Assembly: GCA_964544765.1 (NCBI GenBank)
Contig: CAZJDM010000004.1
Coordinates: 1 to 60,703, forward strand
Source of the DNA: an uncultured bacterium
GTDB lineage: Bacteria; Bdellovibrionota_B; Oligoflexia; CAYFLR01
Length of the DNA stretch: 60,703 nt
Direction: 5' to 3'
Shown in pieces: positions 1 through 9,604 of the stretch. Below the pieces are notes generated by a model. The model worked only from the letters and a program-made list of their open reading frames with translations. It ran no database searches and was not told the DNA's origin. Both the position numbers and the translations under genes were made by a program. Position 1 is the first letter of the stretch, and every line of letters starts with the position of its first letter.

Positions 1-20
1 TTTGATATATTATTAGTCAT
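1..20 (-). CDS. 5' end of a gene running off the window, probably the HslU ATPase subunit
   Basis: ATG at 20 on the minus strand with GAGGA upstream, just downstream of hslV. Identity inferred only from the usual hslV-hslU order. Confidence 0.45.
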
Positions 21-77
21 AATATTCCTCATCATTTTTTTCTAATTATCTTAGAACTTGTACTTTTTCAGTGCAAG

Positions 78-617
78 TTATTTAGTTAATACTTCTTCTA
101 CCATATTTGTATTGGTGTAAATACATATCTCGCCAGCAATATGGAGTGATTTTTTAGCGATTTCTATAGCTGATAGTTCAGTATTAGTAATTAGAGCTTT
201 GGCAGCTGCTTGAGCGTACGGAGCCCCTGAGCCAATCGCTAATATGTTGTCTTCAGGTTCAATAATATCCCCAGTTCCTGAGACCAAATAGGAATTGTCG
301 GTTGAGGCAACGATCATCATGGCTTCTAGCTTTCTGAGATAGCGGTCCGATCTCCAATCTTTGGCTAGTTCGACCGCTGATCTGGTTAAATTGCCACTAT
401 ATTGTTCCAATTTTTTCTCAAATCTATCAAAAAGAGTGAAAGCATCGGCGGTGGAGCCGGCAAAACCACAAATTATTTGATCTTTATATAATCTGCGGAC
501 TTTTTTAACATTAGATTTAATAATATTATTTCCAAAGGTTACTTGCCCATCTCCAACTATGGCCGTCATATTATTTCTGGTAACACAAATAATGGTAGTA
601 GCTTTAAAAGTATTCAA
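78..617 (-). CDS. hslV: ATP-dependent protease peptidase subunit HslV
   Basis: N-terminal ATTII nucleophile, [23 protein letters not shown] and CIYTN motifs. TTG at 617 follows AGGAGGAG, so the ORF-track start at 662 is probably too early. Confidence 0.95.
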   Translation of the reverse strand: MNTFKATTIICVTRNNMTAIVGDGQVTFGNNIIKSNVKKVRRLYKDQIICGFAGSTADAFTLFDRFEKKLEQYSGNLTRSAVELAKDWRSDRYLRKLEAMMIVASTDNSYLVSGTGDIIEPEDNILAIGSGAPYAQAAAKALITNTELSAIEIAKKSLHIAGEICIYTNTNMVEEVLTK

Positions 618-788
618 CCTATACTCCTCCTGATTAAAGGACGCTGGATGGTTATAAACCATATTTTTCTTGTATGCAATAGTTACCTTATTGAATTAAC
701 GTATTTAAAATAGTTGTGATATAGGGCGCATTTTCATATAATTAGGTAGAGAGATCATTTTCCATTTAAAATTTATAGGGGCGCCATT

Positions 789-1781
789 ATGAAGATTTTT
801 AATAAATTTTCTTTAATATTTTGTTTTATTTCTGGAATAATTTTAGGAAATTTAAATTTTAATATTGATTTTTTTACTAGTGATTTGATGGCTTCAGATA
901 AACGACCCGCTTTAGATGAAAGACACATAAAAGAATTACTGAAAGTTTTTGATGATGATGATGATCTGTATTTAGATGATGAAACTATTGAAACAGGTAA
1001 ACCAAAACAAGTGAAAAAATCAAATACTGTTCATGATACTACCAAGAAGAAGTCGGTTAAAGCAGCTACTGTTGTTAAGAAGGAGCCAGTTAAAGCAGCT
1101 ACTGTTGTTAAGAAAAGACCCACTAAGATAATTCCCATTAAAAACAGACTTACTACGGAAACCACAATTGGTATAAAGAAGGCAACTACTAAAGTGACTG
1201 AAATTGATTTTTCATCAGATGAACACTTTAAATTGTTATCACCAGTTAAAATAACTAGATTCTATAACGAAGCTTTACCTAATACTGAAATAAGCTGGAT
1301 CCCAAAAGGTGATTACCGTTTAATTTTAAGCAGGTATAAAAATTCTGGACCGGCAGAATATAATTGGAAATTACAAGGTAGATCAAACTTTCTTTTAAAT
1401 AATCTTGTGCCTGGTACTTGGTATGGTAAGCTCATCTCAAGAGGTACCAAAATGGTGAAACATTTTACTATCAAAGTACATAATCCAAAAAAGCTTGGTC
1501 TCTCAATATCCAAGCCTAAAGGTGTTAAGTCTATTATTCTAAATAAAAACAAAAGAATGATTTCTTGGCGATCCACTAGCGATGTGGCTTATTACCAACT
1601 TCAGATATCTGTTAAAAAAGATTTTAAGAATGTTTTCCACCAAGTGTCTACCAACAGAAAACGCACTAGTATTGCTAATGTTCCTCCTGGTAAGTATTTT
1701 GTACGACTGTCAGGATTTAATAAAAGAAGTGGAAAGTGGGAATACTCATCTTCAGAAAATCTTCGTATAAAAGAGATTTAG
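789..1781 (+). CDS. Exported or membrane-anchored hypothetical protein with a Lys-rich linker and C-terminal fibronectin-III/Ig-like domains
   Basis: Hydrophobic N-terminus, duplicated VKAATVVKK, and FnIII-like patterns (ISW...Y.LQIS, PGKYFVRL). Confidence 0.6.
   Translation: MKIFNKFSLIFCFISGIILGNLNFNIDFFTSDLMASDKRPALDERHIKELLKVFDDDDDLYLDDETIETGKPKQVKKSNTVHDTTKKKSVKAATVVKKEPVKAATVVKKRPTKIIPIKNRLTTETTIGIKKATTKVTEIDFSSDEHFKLLSPVKITRFYNEALPNTEISWIPKGDYRLILSRYKNSGPAEYNWKLQGRSNFLLNNLVPGTWYGKLISRGTKMVKHFTIKVHNPKKLGLSISKPKGVKSIILNKNKRMISWRSTSDVAYYQLQISVKKDFKNVFHQVSTNRKRTSIANVPPGKYFVRLSGFNKRSGKWEYSSSENLRIKEI
1055..1113 (+). repeat. Coding tandem duplication with a 33-nt period
   Basis: gttaaagcagctactgttgttaagaa occurs at 1055 and 1088. 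Confidence 0.8.
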
Positions 1782-1950
1782 CAATTCAAATTGATGAATA
1801 ATTAACAAATTGCTAATACTTATTTGATCTTAAAGTCTGTAAATAACTCTTTTTTCTTTTAATCTCAGTTTCTTTTTGCTATATCCTACAGTACAGCAGT
1901 ATTGTCAATATAATCATATAGTTTAGTATGCAAAGCTGGGAGTTGTCTAA

Positions 1951-3078
1951 TTGTCAAATTTGAAAGCAAAAGCATTAGCTGATATTGATATGCTATTTAA
2001 TTTAGGTAAAGTATATTTCTATAATTGTGATTTTAATAAAGCAGAGTATTATTTTGAGTTATATAAGAAAACTGCTAAAATTAAATCCTCCTTTGATATA
2101 GGAAATATAATAGAGATAAATAATATTCTGACCCATATAAGTGCTGAGAAACTTGATACCAATAAATCTCTTGTTCTTCAAAATGAAGTCTCATCTACAT
2201 TAGATAACAAAATAAAAAAAATGTATTGTGCCAAGTGTTATTTTCAAATGGGATTAATTAGCTTCTATCAAAGAGAGTTCTTGGATGCCAAGTCTAATTT
2301 TGAAAAATCGCTTAAATATGCTACCTCAGTGAAGAATGATAGCGATCAAGGCTATGCTCATTATGGAATGGCTCTGTATTTTTATAAAAAAAATAGTGAA
2401 ACTAAAACTTCTGATCATCTAGATAAGGCTCAATATTTTGCAAACAAAATAGATGATAAAGATCTTATTATTACCATTCATTTATTAAAAGGAATAGTCT
2501 TAACACATCGGACCGAGTTTGATGATGGGTTTAGGGAGTTTGTAAAAGCTGAACAAATTAACAGTGGACATAAAAACTGGTATTTGAATTATCATATTAA
2601 GTATCAAATCGCTCTTACAACAAGAAAGAAAGGGGATTTACAAAAAGCAAAAGTTTTGTATAACTATCTATATCAGGCTATTAACAATACTGAATTAAAT
2701 AAATTAAAATTTAAAGTAAAAAAAGAAATACAACAGATAGGAGTTCCTGACTACGATCTTATTATTGATGTTCCAAATAGAAATGTAACAGAAAATAATT
2801 TAGGTATTATTCCGTTCAAAAATTGTTTTCTGTTAATAGATATATTATTACTTTTATCAAAAGAGCCCGGCAAAATTTTTTCCAAAGAGGATCTTGCTAA
2901 TCTTATTTGGAACGAAGAATACAAACCCCTTATCCATGATAATAAAATATATTATAATATCAATAGGTTAAGGCGTATGATAGAACCAATAAATAAAAAT
3001 ATTAAATATATTCTTACCTCCAAGAATGGATACTTATTATCTTCATCTGCACAGGTTCAAATTATTACACACCATTAA
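1951..3078 (+). CDS. TPR-repeat protein with C-terminal OmpR/PhoB-type winged-helix DNA-binding domain
   Basis: TPR-like helices (LGKVY, MGLISF..A...FEKSL) followed by LL.LLSKEPGKIFSKEDL...IW...NINRLR..IE...GY. Confidence 0.8.
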   Translation: MSNLKAKALADIDMLFNLGKVYFYNCDFNKAEYYFELYKKTAKIKSSFDIGNIIEINNILTHISAEKLDTNKSLVLQNEVSSTLDNKIKKMYCAKCYFQMGLISFYQREFLDAKSNFEKSLKYATSVKNDSDQGYAHYGMALYFYKKNSETKTSDHLDKAQYFANKIDDKDLIITIHLLKGIVLTHRTEFDDGFREFVKAEQINSGHKNWYLNYHIKYQIALTTRKKGDLQKAKVLYNYLYQAINNTELNKLKFKVKKEIQQIGVPDYDLIIDVPNRNVTENNLGIIPFKNCFLLIDILLLLSKEPGKIFSKEDLANLIWNEEYKPLIHDNKIYYNINRLRRMIEPINKNIKYILTSKNGYLLSSSAQVQIITHH

Positions 3079-3155
3079 TTTAAGAAATAAAAAATTTAAC
3101 CGAACTAGTTAATGTACTCAGAAATAAAAGCATTTTTATTACTTTGAGGTAATAT

Positions 3156-4262
3156 ATGATGGTTATTTATAGGGTTATTATATGCTTGATATGTATGAGT
3201 TTTTTTCTATTTTTTCATCAATCTACAAACGCTGAAGAAATTCCAACTTATTTTAAATCACCCAGAGCTTTAGGTATGGGCAATACTGGTGTTTCATTTA
3301 TAGATGACGAAGGAGCGCAGTTTTATAATCCTGCCAACTTAGTTACTGGTAAGTCCCGGTTTAAAAAGCTAGTTGTTTTAAGTCCTTTTTTAGAGGCCTC
3401 AGAAGAATTTCAGAATATATATAATGATGTTAGTGATTTTTCCGGAGAAGCAACGGATTTATTAAAGAAAATACGAGAACGTGGATATCCACCATATCAT
3501 TTATACATACAAAATTATACAGGTATTGTCTTTAAGAGAACAGCTTTTGGTATAGTTAACAGCGCTCAAATAGACAGTAGAATATTACTTAGACCAACCA
3601 GTTTAATTATGAATGCATCAGCCACTTCAACTACTGGGGCAATCCTTAGTATTGCTCATGGTTTTTTAAAGGAGTCAATTCTTGTAGGTATGACAGGCAA
3701 ATGTCTTTATCGAGCCCATTTTACAGAAGAAGCAGATTTAGATTTTGTACTTAAGGAAGAGTATTCGGATTATGATTTTATGTCTAAATTAGCTAGGGGA
3801 TATGGTTTTGGAGCTGATTTTGGAGCTACTTACAAAATGATCAAGGAGGATGGTGTTCCTACGATATCTTTAACGGTTATGGATATAGGTGGAACCGATT
3901 TTTCTAAACCAACTAAAGAGGGAGTTGTGGAGTTAGAACCTATTCCAATGACTATTAATTTAGGTCTTTCCATTCATCCTGCTTCTAAATATACATTAAT
4001 TACTCTAGGTTTAGATTATCTGGATATACTCGGCGGACATCAAAAAAATGTTTTTAAGAAAATACATTTAGGTGGTGAAATCAGAATTAAGAAAATCATT
4101 GGGGCTTATGCAGGCTTCAATCAGGGCTTTTCATCCTTTGGCGGTTTTATCGATTTTAAGATAGTGAGATTTGATGCTGGTGTCTATACAGAAGAAATGG
4201 GTGAACATATAAATTCGTTATCCGACAAACGATATTTCGGAAGTATTAAAATTGGGTATTAA
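3156..4262 (+). CDS. Outer-membrane beta-barrel protein (TraF_2/FadL-like, PRALGMG family)
   Basis: Signal peptide, SPRALGMGNTG and FYNPANL motifs, GFGADFG strand, C-terminal aromatic residue (IKIGY). Confidence 0.7.
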   Translation: MMVIYRVIICLICMSFFLFFHQSTNAEEIPTYFKSPRALGMGNTGVSFIDDEGAQFYNPANLVTGKSRFKKLVVLSPFLEASEEFQNIYNDVSDFSGEATDLLKKIRERGYPPYHLYIQNYTGIVFKRTAFGIVNSAQIDSRILLRPTSLIMNASATSTTGAILSIAHGFLKESILVGMTGKCLYRAHFTEEADLDFVLKEEYSDYDFMSKLARGYGFGADFGATYKMIKEDGVPTISLTVMDIGGTDFSKPTKEGVVELEPIPMTINLGLSIHPASKYTLITLGLDYLDILGGHQKNVFKKIHLGGEIRIKKIIGAYAGFNQGFSSFGGFIDFKIVRFDAGVYTEEMGEHINSLSDKRYFGSIKIGY

Positions 4263-4273
4263 GGAGAGAATCA

Positions 4274-4969
4274 ATGATTATATCTAGATTAATACCAATT
4301 GTTTTCATTTTATTGTTTTTTATCTTTCAAAGTTGTGGGGAAAATATATTTTCTTCGTTTGATCAAGATACTACAAGCGAAGGTGACTCTGCCTTAAATT
4401 CAGGGGACTATGATGCTGCTATTGCTGCCTATGAGTCTGCTTTAGATGATCCAAGTTTATCGGCTAGTGAAAGAAAAGAAATCCAGGAAAAGCTAGCCTC
4501 AGCCTATATGGGAAGAACTGGCATAGATATAATTGATATTATAGAAAATGCTAGTGGAGGCGAAGGTGGAGAAAGTGAATTTGACTTGATTATGAACATT
4601 ACTCCTGAGGCCACTGTTTCCAACCTGAGCGATATAAATAAAGCTGTTGAGCTTTTAACTTCCATTAAAGATCCAACACCGGCCCAGAGTTTTCAAACTG
4701 GTCTAGCTCAGACGACTCAAGCGTTTTTATCCATAAAAAGTTTTGTTGAAGTGGCTGAAGAAGGCGAAATGGTTGACATAGATGCGGAGAATTCAACTAC
4801 TATAGTAAATTCATTAGCTGGAGCAGCTGAATCACTCTCGGATGCAGGAGATTTTGATGAAGAAGGGTATGGTGAACAAGTTTCAAATATAAATACGGAA
4901 ATTGAGAACCATTCTGGAGGTCTAGAGGGATATGTAAATGAGGCCCTAGGAAACGATAATTCAAATTAG
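4274..4969 (+). CDS. Acidic TPR-like lipoprotein, likely partner of the upstream barrel
   Basis: Lipobox FQSC, GDYDAAI and LASAYMG TPR-like helices, AAGGAG RBS, 11 nt after the barrel gene. Confidence 0.7.
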   Translation: MIISRLIPIVFILLFFIFQSCGENIFSSFDQDTTSEGDSALNSGDYDAAIAAYESALDDPSLSASERKEIQEKLASAYMGRTGIDIIDIIENASGGEGGESEFDLIMNITPEATVSNLSDINKAVELLTSIKDPTPAQSFQTGLAQTTQAFLSIKSFVEVAEEGEMVDIDAENSTTIVNSLAGAAESLSDAGDFDEEGYGEQVSNINTEIENHSGGLEGYVNEALGNDNSN

Positions 4970-4985
4970 ATTGCGCTGAAAAAGT

Positions 4986-5624
4986 CTATTTACCAATCAT
5001 GTCACCCCAAATTATTTTATGTAGTTGAATATGTAATCTAATGTCTAAAGGTGTTGATAAAATCCAGTCAGCTAACTTGGTAAGGTCCATCATCTTGTAA
5101 GCCGGAGAAATAAAAACATTCCATCGAGTTAAATTGTTTTTATTAATACAATCAACCGCCCAGTCAAAGTCTTCTTTGTTGGTAATTATAAATTTTATTT
5201 CATCGGTAGATTGCAGATCATTGATAATAGAAAAATTATTTTTGTCGACCATCCCACTACCAGGACATTTAAAATCAATAATTTTTTTTACTGATGAGGG
5301 AACCTGGTTGATAGGAAGACTACCAGAAGTTTCTAGAAGAATCTCATAATTTTCTTGTTCCAGCTCTTTTATTAAATTTATTATAGACTTTTGTAGAAGC
5401 GGTTCTCCACCAGTTATCTCAACTAATTTACAATTGAAGGAACGAACTTTATTCATAATTTTATCTAATGAAAAAAATTCACCTTCTTCAAAAGCATACT
5501 TTGTATCACAATATGAGCAACGCAAATTACAACCAGTAAGTCTAATGAAAATACAGCGTCGCCCTTGATGTGAGCTTTCTCCTTGAATACTAAAAAATAT
5601 TTCGTTGACTCTTAGCTTGTTAAT
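4986..5624 (-). CDS. queE: 7-carboxy-7-deazaguanine synthase (radical SAM), probable ATT start
   Basis: The open frame upstream of the ORF-track start reads INKLRVNEIFFSIQGESSHQGRRCIFIRLTGCNLRCSYCD, followed by ITGGEPLLQ, ETSG and QLHKIIW. Confidence 0.9.
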   Translation of the reverse strand: MNKLRVNEIFFSIQGESSHQGRRCIFIRLTGCNLRCSYCDTKYAFEEGEFFSLDKIMNKVRSFNCKLVEITGGEPLLQKSIINLIKELEQENYEILLETSGSLPINQVPSSVKKIIDFKCPGSGMVDKNNFSIINDLQSTDEIKFIITNKEDFDWAVDCINKNNLTRWNVFISPAYKMMDLTKLADWILSTPLDIRLHIQLHKIIWGDMIGK

Positions 5625-5668
5625 TCTTTTCCTTAGATCTAATTAGATTCTGTTTAAAAAGCACAATT

Positions 5669-6106
5669 CTAGTTAGTGTTTTTGGCTAGTCCGCTCTTCA
5701 ACGTAGAATGGTTTACTACCTTGGATCCCTCGTTGACAGAGCGAACGATTTCATCTCGACTAACCAACTCTATAGGTAAAGTGGTTCTCTTTAAGTTTGC
5801 TTTTTTAAAAACTGCTCCCCTAACTTTAGCATAATCCAAATCCGCATCTTCCAGATTAGCATTGGTGAAATTAGCGTTTTCCAAATTAGCGCTCCACAAG
5901 CTTGCTCCGGTAAGATTGGCCTTTTCGAAATTGGCCTCTTTTAGATTGCTATAACTTAAGTTCGCAAAGGATAAATCACAACCGCTAAAATCAACTTTAG
6001 CCAAGTTTATCTTACGTAAATCAGCATCAGTTAAATTCTTACTGTTAGTAATTAGATCCATTATTTCTTTTCGAGCTAATGCTCTACTTTTATCCTTTTT
6101 ATCCAT
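5669..6106 (-). CDS. Pentapeptide repeat protein
   Basis: Run of A(D/N)Lxx pentapeptides. ATG at 6106 with GAGG upstream is preferred to the overlapping start at 6172. Confidence 0.85.
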   Translation of the reverse strand: MDKKDKSRALARKEIMDLITNSKNLTDADLRKINLAKVDFSGCDLSFANLSYSNLKEANFEKANLTGASLWSANLENANFTNANLEDADLDYAKVRGAVFKKANLKRTTLPIELVSRDEIVRSVNEGSKVVNHSTLKSGLAKNTN

Positions 6107-6117
6107 CCTGACGACCT

Positions 6118-6954
6118 CTAACGTATCATGATCTCCTTTATACGCCTTGACATTAAAGACTTTGGCACCCAAAATAAAGACGCTAATTCTGTAACTAGAT
6201 TCTTTTTAAGGTCAACTTCTGAAAGATATTTAACTAAGAAACCTTTAGGAACCAATAATGAACTAGCAAAATAATTTATTTCAGATTGAATATGTTGATC
6301 GGAATATTCAGGTAATTCAACGTATTCAGATCTACGATAATCTAAAATAATTTTACCTAGATTTTTAGCTGTTGAAAGTCTTGTTTGAGGTCTTAAATCA
6401 CCTTTTTTATATTTAATTATATAGGAATTATTTTTCCCTTTTAAAATGCGTGAAAAGCGGTCTGTCATTTCCATTGGTTGAGTAACGATATATGGAAATA
6501 AGCTCAGTATCTCTGGCATATATAAAGGTGGTGATACATAGTTAGCTTTAGTTAACAAATCACTTACAACTTTATTTATGGCTGATTCTCTTCTTGATAA
6601 ATCGCCATCTTTGTCGGGCTTATGTTTACTGATTTCATTTACATTAGAATAGTCTGTAAATTCATATACAGCCTCATCTAACGTGAGTGCTCCATTAGCT
6701 ATATCTGAGATAAGATTATTATCAACGTTCAGATAGTCAGCTATTTTGCTAATAGATTGTACTGATTTTACTGCTTTTTTACCTCTCTTCCAGTGACTAC
6801 AGTCAGAAGGATTAAAGCCGAGAATTTGCCCTATCTCCTGATCATTCACTTTTCTCATGTTACGTTGAATGTTAAGGACTCTTTGACAAAACTTAAATAA
6901 TGCCATTGAATTTACATGTTTTAAACTCGTTGCTTTCCTCATATGCCCCGCCAA
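6118..6954 (-). CDS. XRE-like HTH protein fused to an ImmA/IrrE (DUF955)-like domain with a degenerate HExxH
   Basis: DQEIGQILGFNPSDCSHWKRG helix-turn-helix; RLSTAKNLGK and EINYFASSLLVP align with RFT.AHELGH and EAN.FA..LL.P. Start may be the ATG at 6942. Confidence 0.7.
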   Translation of the reverse strand: MAGHMRKATSLKHVNSMALFKFCQRVLNIQRNMRKVNDQEIGQILGFNPSDCSHWKRGKKAVKSVQSISKIADYLNVDNNLISDIANGALTLDEAVYEFTDYSNVNEISKHKPDKDGDLSRRESAINKVVSDLLTKANYVSPPLYMPEILSLFPYIVTQPMEMTDRFSRILKGKNNSYIIKYKKGDLRPQTRLSTAKNLGKIILDYRRSEYVELPEYSDQHIQSEINYFASSLLVPKGFLVKYLSEVDLKKNLVTELASLFWVPKSLMSRRIKEIMIR

Positions 6955-7026
6955 TCTTAAGATGTAAAACTTATTGCTACCTCATGTAGCAACCAATTAA
7001 CAATTTGTTACTTATATTTTAATGTC

Positions 7027-7055
7027 AATCTACTTAGATGATATTATTTTGTCAA
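7027..7055 (-). promoter_or_regulatory. sigma70-type promoter for the HTH-ImmA-like gene
   Basis: TTGACA-N17-TAGATT on the minus strand. Confidence 0.55.
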
Positions 7056-7116
7056 GAAAATATGTAAATATTCGCAAAAATTTTTACGTAAACGTGGTGA
7101 GATGGCTGAATTGAAG

Positions 7117-9114
7117 TTATTTTCTCCATTTTAAATTTATGATTTTTCCATTATCTCGAGGTAGTACAACTCTTGCCTCGTCCACTTTTCGTCCACCTTT
7201 CATTATCCATATTTTATAATTTCCTTTTTTTAGTTTATAATATTTTTTACCTGACTTAATTCCTTCAATGAGTCCATGGGATCTACCGTTTATAAAGACT
7301 TCTCCTGGAGGAGGTTTAAATGTAACCGTTATTATGTATTCACGTTCTCTTAATTTGGCGGTTTGTTTATCTTTTTGTTTGTAATTATATTTCTTCTTCG
7401 GGCTATAATAAGGCTGAATAGAGCTTGGGGTCTTAGTTTTTCTTTTTTGGTATGGCTTTTTTGTTTTTGATGATTTCTTTTTATCAATTTTTTTACGTGA
7501 TAGACTTTTTTTACGATCTGATTTTTTAGGATGACTAATGTCTTTTTTAGTTTTCTTTTTGATAACTTCTTTAGGAGATGTGATTCTTTGTTTCTCCAAA
7601 ATGTCCTTAGTTGGGCCTATTTCCTCGTACTCGTAATGTTCATCAGTTTCTTCATAAGGTACAGTTTCATCATCTTTATAAATTCTAGTTTCATCAATTC
7701 TGGATGATTCTTCTTTACCTGGTTGTTCCTCATCTGAATAGTGCTTACTTGGCTTTGATTTAACTTGTGGAGAGATTTGTAAAAGTTTTTTTATGTCTAC
7801 TTGTTTTAAAATAAACTGTCCTATAAATATAAGTATCAATATAAACGCAACTCCCATAAAGATACTAAAGATGTTGTTCGATATACTTGATTGCTTTTTG
7901 TAAGATGTTGTAAAAACTCTTTGTGGAGTTCTTTGTTTTGTATAACTAGTATCAATAGTTTGTGGTGGTTGAGTTGCAGTGGCTTTTGGAGTAGGAGTTG
8001 CTAAGGGTTTACGGGATGGGGTTGTTGAGGGTTTGGTAGAAGGCGTTGGAGAATGTTTGCGGACAGGTGTTACAGCTGGTTGATCTGTTTGTTGCTCAAT
8101 AATTGTTGTTTCGTATTTTTCCTCAGTAATGATAGATTTAATTGTGCTGCTAATATCAAGCTTATTAATCTGAGATTTACTCTGTGTTGCAACCACTGTC
8201 GGCATGTTTTGATTGTTCCATTTTTGTTCAAAATCAGCAGTTGATGAAGAGATAAAATATATTCTTAATTCTTGTCTCGCATCCCTAATTCTATATTTTA
8301 TTAAAATCGAATCTATATGATTTAATAGTTCAAGAAAATTTGGGTATCTTTTATCTATATCTCTATTGATGCATCGAAGTATTAGCTTTTCAATTTCTGG
8401 ATCAATATTAGCGTCAATTGATCGTGGTGACTCCAGTGTTGACTGCATAACATTCATAATTACTTCGTGTATAGTTTTTCCGGAAAAAGGTAATCTTCCT
8501 AGAATTGCTTCGTATAGTAGGATTCCTAAAGAATACATGTCAGTTCTACTATCGAGGACCTTACCGGTTATTTGCTCTGGAGACATATAAGGGGGAGATC
8601 CTATAAGGGCCTTTGTATAAGTATGACCAACTGCGAAAATATCTTTAGCTATTCCAAAGTCCATTATTTTTACAAAGCCTTCATCAGAGATCATAATATT
8701 GTCTGGTTTAATATCCCTATGTACAACACCAAATGAGCTAGCCTTTTGTAAGCCGATTATTATTTCTCGGGCAATCATAATTGAGATAACTTCGTGGATT
8801 CTACTTTTTTCGTTGATAAGTTGTTTTAAGGTTTTTCCACTGACGAACTCAGTGACAACATATAATTCTTCTGATGAAATACCTGAAGAGTCAAATATTT
8901 TTAAAATATTTTGATGATCTAGTGAAGCAACAGTTTTTCCTTCTTTCAAAAAGCGTTGTCTTATATCTTTATTGGTGGCTAAATTAGCATGGACAAATTT
9001 AATGGCCACAATTCGATCTAGATCTATATCCAACGCTTTATACACGCATGCCATGCCTCCTTCCCCGATCTTTTCCAGAATTTTATATTTTTTTCGAAGG
9101 ATTGTACCTATCAT
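7117..9114 (-). CDS. Hanks-type Ser/Thr protein kinase with one TM helix, a Lys-rich linker and a PEGA-like C-terminal domain
   Basis: IGEGGMACVY, VAIK, HRDIKPDN, DFGIAK, GSPPYMSPEQ and DMYSLG; TM segment IFSIFMGVAFILILIFIG; PPPGEVFING. Confidence 0.93.
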   Translation of the reverse strand: MIGTILRKKYKILEKIGEGGMACVYKALDIDLDRIVAIKFVHANLATNKDIRQRFLKEGKTVASLDHQNILKIFDSSGISSEELYVVTEFVSGKTLKQLINEKSRIHEVISIMIAREIIIGLQKASSFGVVHRDIKPDNIMISDEGFVKIMDFGIAKDIFAVGHTYTKALIGSPPYMSPEQITGKVLDSRTDMYSLGILLYEAILGRLPFSGKTIHEVIMNVMQSTLESPRSIDANIDPEIEKLILRCINRDIDKRYPNFLELLNHIDSILIKYRIRDARQELRIYFISSSTADFEQKWNNQNMPTVVATQSKSQINKLDISSTIKSIITEEKYETTIIEQQTDQPAVTPVRKHSPTPSTKPSTTPSRKPLATPTPKATATQPPQTIDTSYTKQRTPQRVFTTSYKKQSSISNNIFSIFMGVAFILILIFIGQFILKQVDIKKLLQISPQVKSKPSKHYSDEEQPGKEESSRIDETRIYKDDETVPYEETDEHYEYEEIGPTKDILEKQRITSPKEVIKKKTKKDISHPKKSDRKKSLSRKKIDKKKSSKTKKPYQKRKTKTPSSIQPYYSPKKKYNYKQKDKQTAKLREREYIITVTFKPPPGEVFINGRSHGLIEGIKSGKKYYKLKKGNYKIWIMKGGRKVDEARVVLPRDNGKIINLKWRK

Positions 9115-9232
9115 AATGCAGATTTCTTTAATTATTATAAAAATACTCTACTCTATTTCACATTCGGAGACCCTTTTTAGTTCCTTTAAAAAAATAGGAA
9201 AAAATACAAGATTTTGTAATATGCATGGAATA

Positions 9233-9598
9233 TTAGGTGGTTGTGTATTCAAATTTTGTTTGAGGACGGTGTAAAAATTCTATAGATTTTCTTGCTTCTA
9301 GTAACATGATGCCGCATTCATATTCAACTTTGCTTTTTCCTGCGAGATAACGCATATTTAGAAGATGGTTCATATAAGAAAGATAATCCTTGGATAAATA
9401 AGATTGTCGTCTGGCTAGTTGCCCCTCCAAGCCTTTGTCTTTTAGCTGATCTATAATTTTTATGCGTCTATTATGAAGTAGTTCTCTTAATCTATTGGAA
9501 ACTTGTCGGTGAGTTATATAGGTGTGGCCCGCTATACGTATTTTGTTAATTAATTGGTCCTTTTCTATTTTTTTAGTTTGTTTAGCCAAATCAATCAT
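9233..9598 (-). CDS. Small basic helical hypothetical protein
   Basis: 121-aa ORF in tandem with its neighbours, 6 nt from the upstream gene. Confidence 0.6.
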   Translation of the reverse strand: MIDLAKQTKKIEKDQLINKIRIAGHTYITHRQVSNRLRELLHNRRIKIIDQLKDKGLEGQLARRQSYLSKDYLSYMNHLLNMRYLAGKSKVEYECGIMLLEARKSIEFLHRPQTKFEYTTT

Positions 9599-9604
9599 CA
9601 GTTT

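Noticed and set aside
3101-3112. CGAACTAGTTAA matches half of the E. coli trp operator
   Set aside because: The second half-site is missing and there are no trp genes, so it is probably chance.
3156-4262. TraF-like barrel as evidence of a conjugative element
   Set aside because: No relaxase, coupling protein or other tra genes; the family includes chromosomal barrels.
8053-9274. Short plus-strand ORFs inside the kinase gene, and similar ones inside purA, smc and the TRAP genes
   Set aside because: They overlap well-supported genes on the opposite strand and have no independent evidence.
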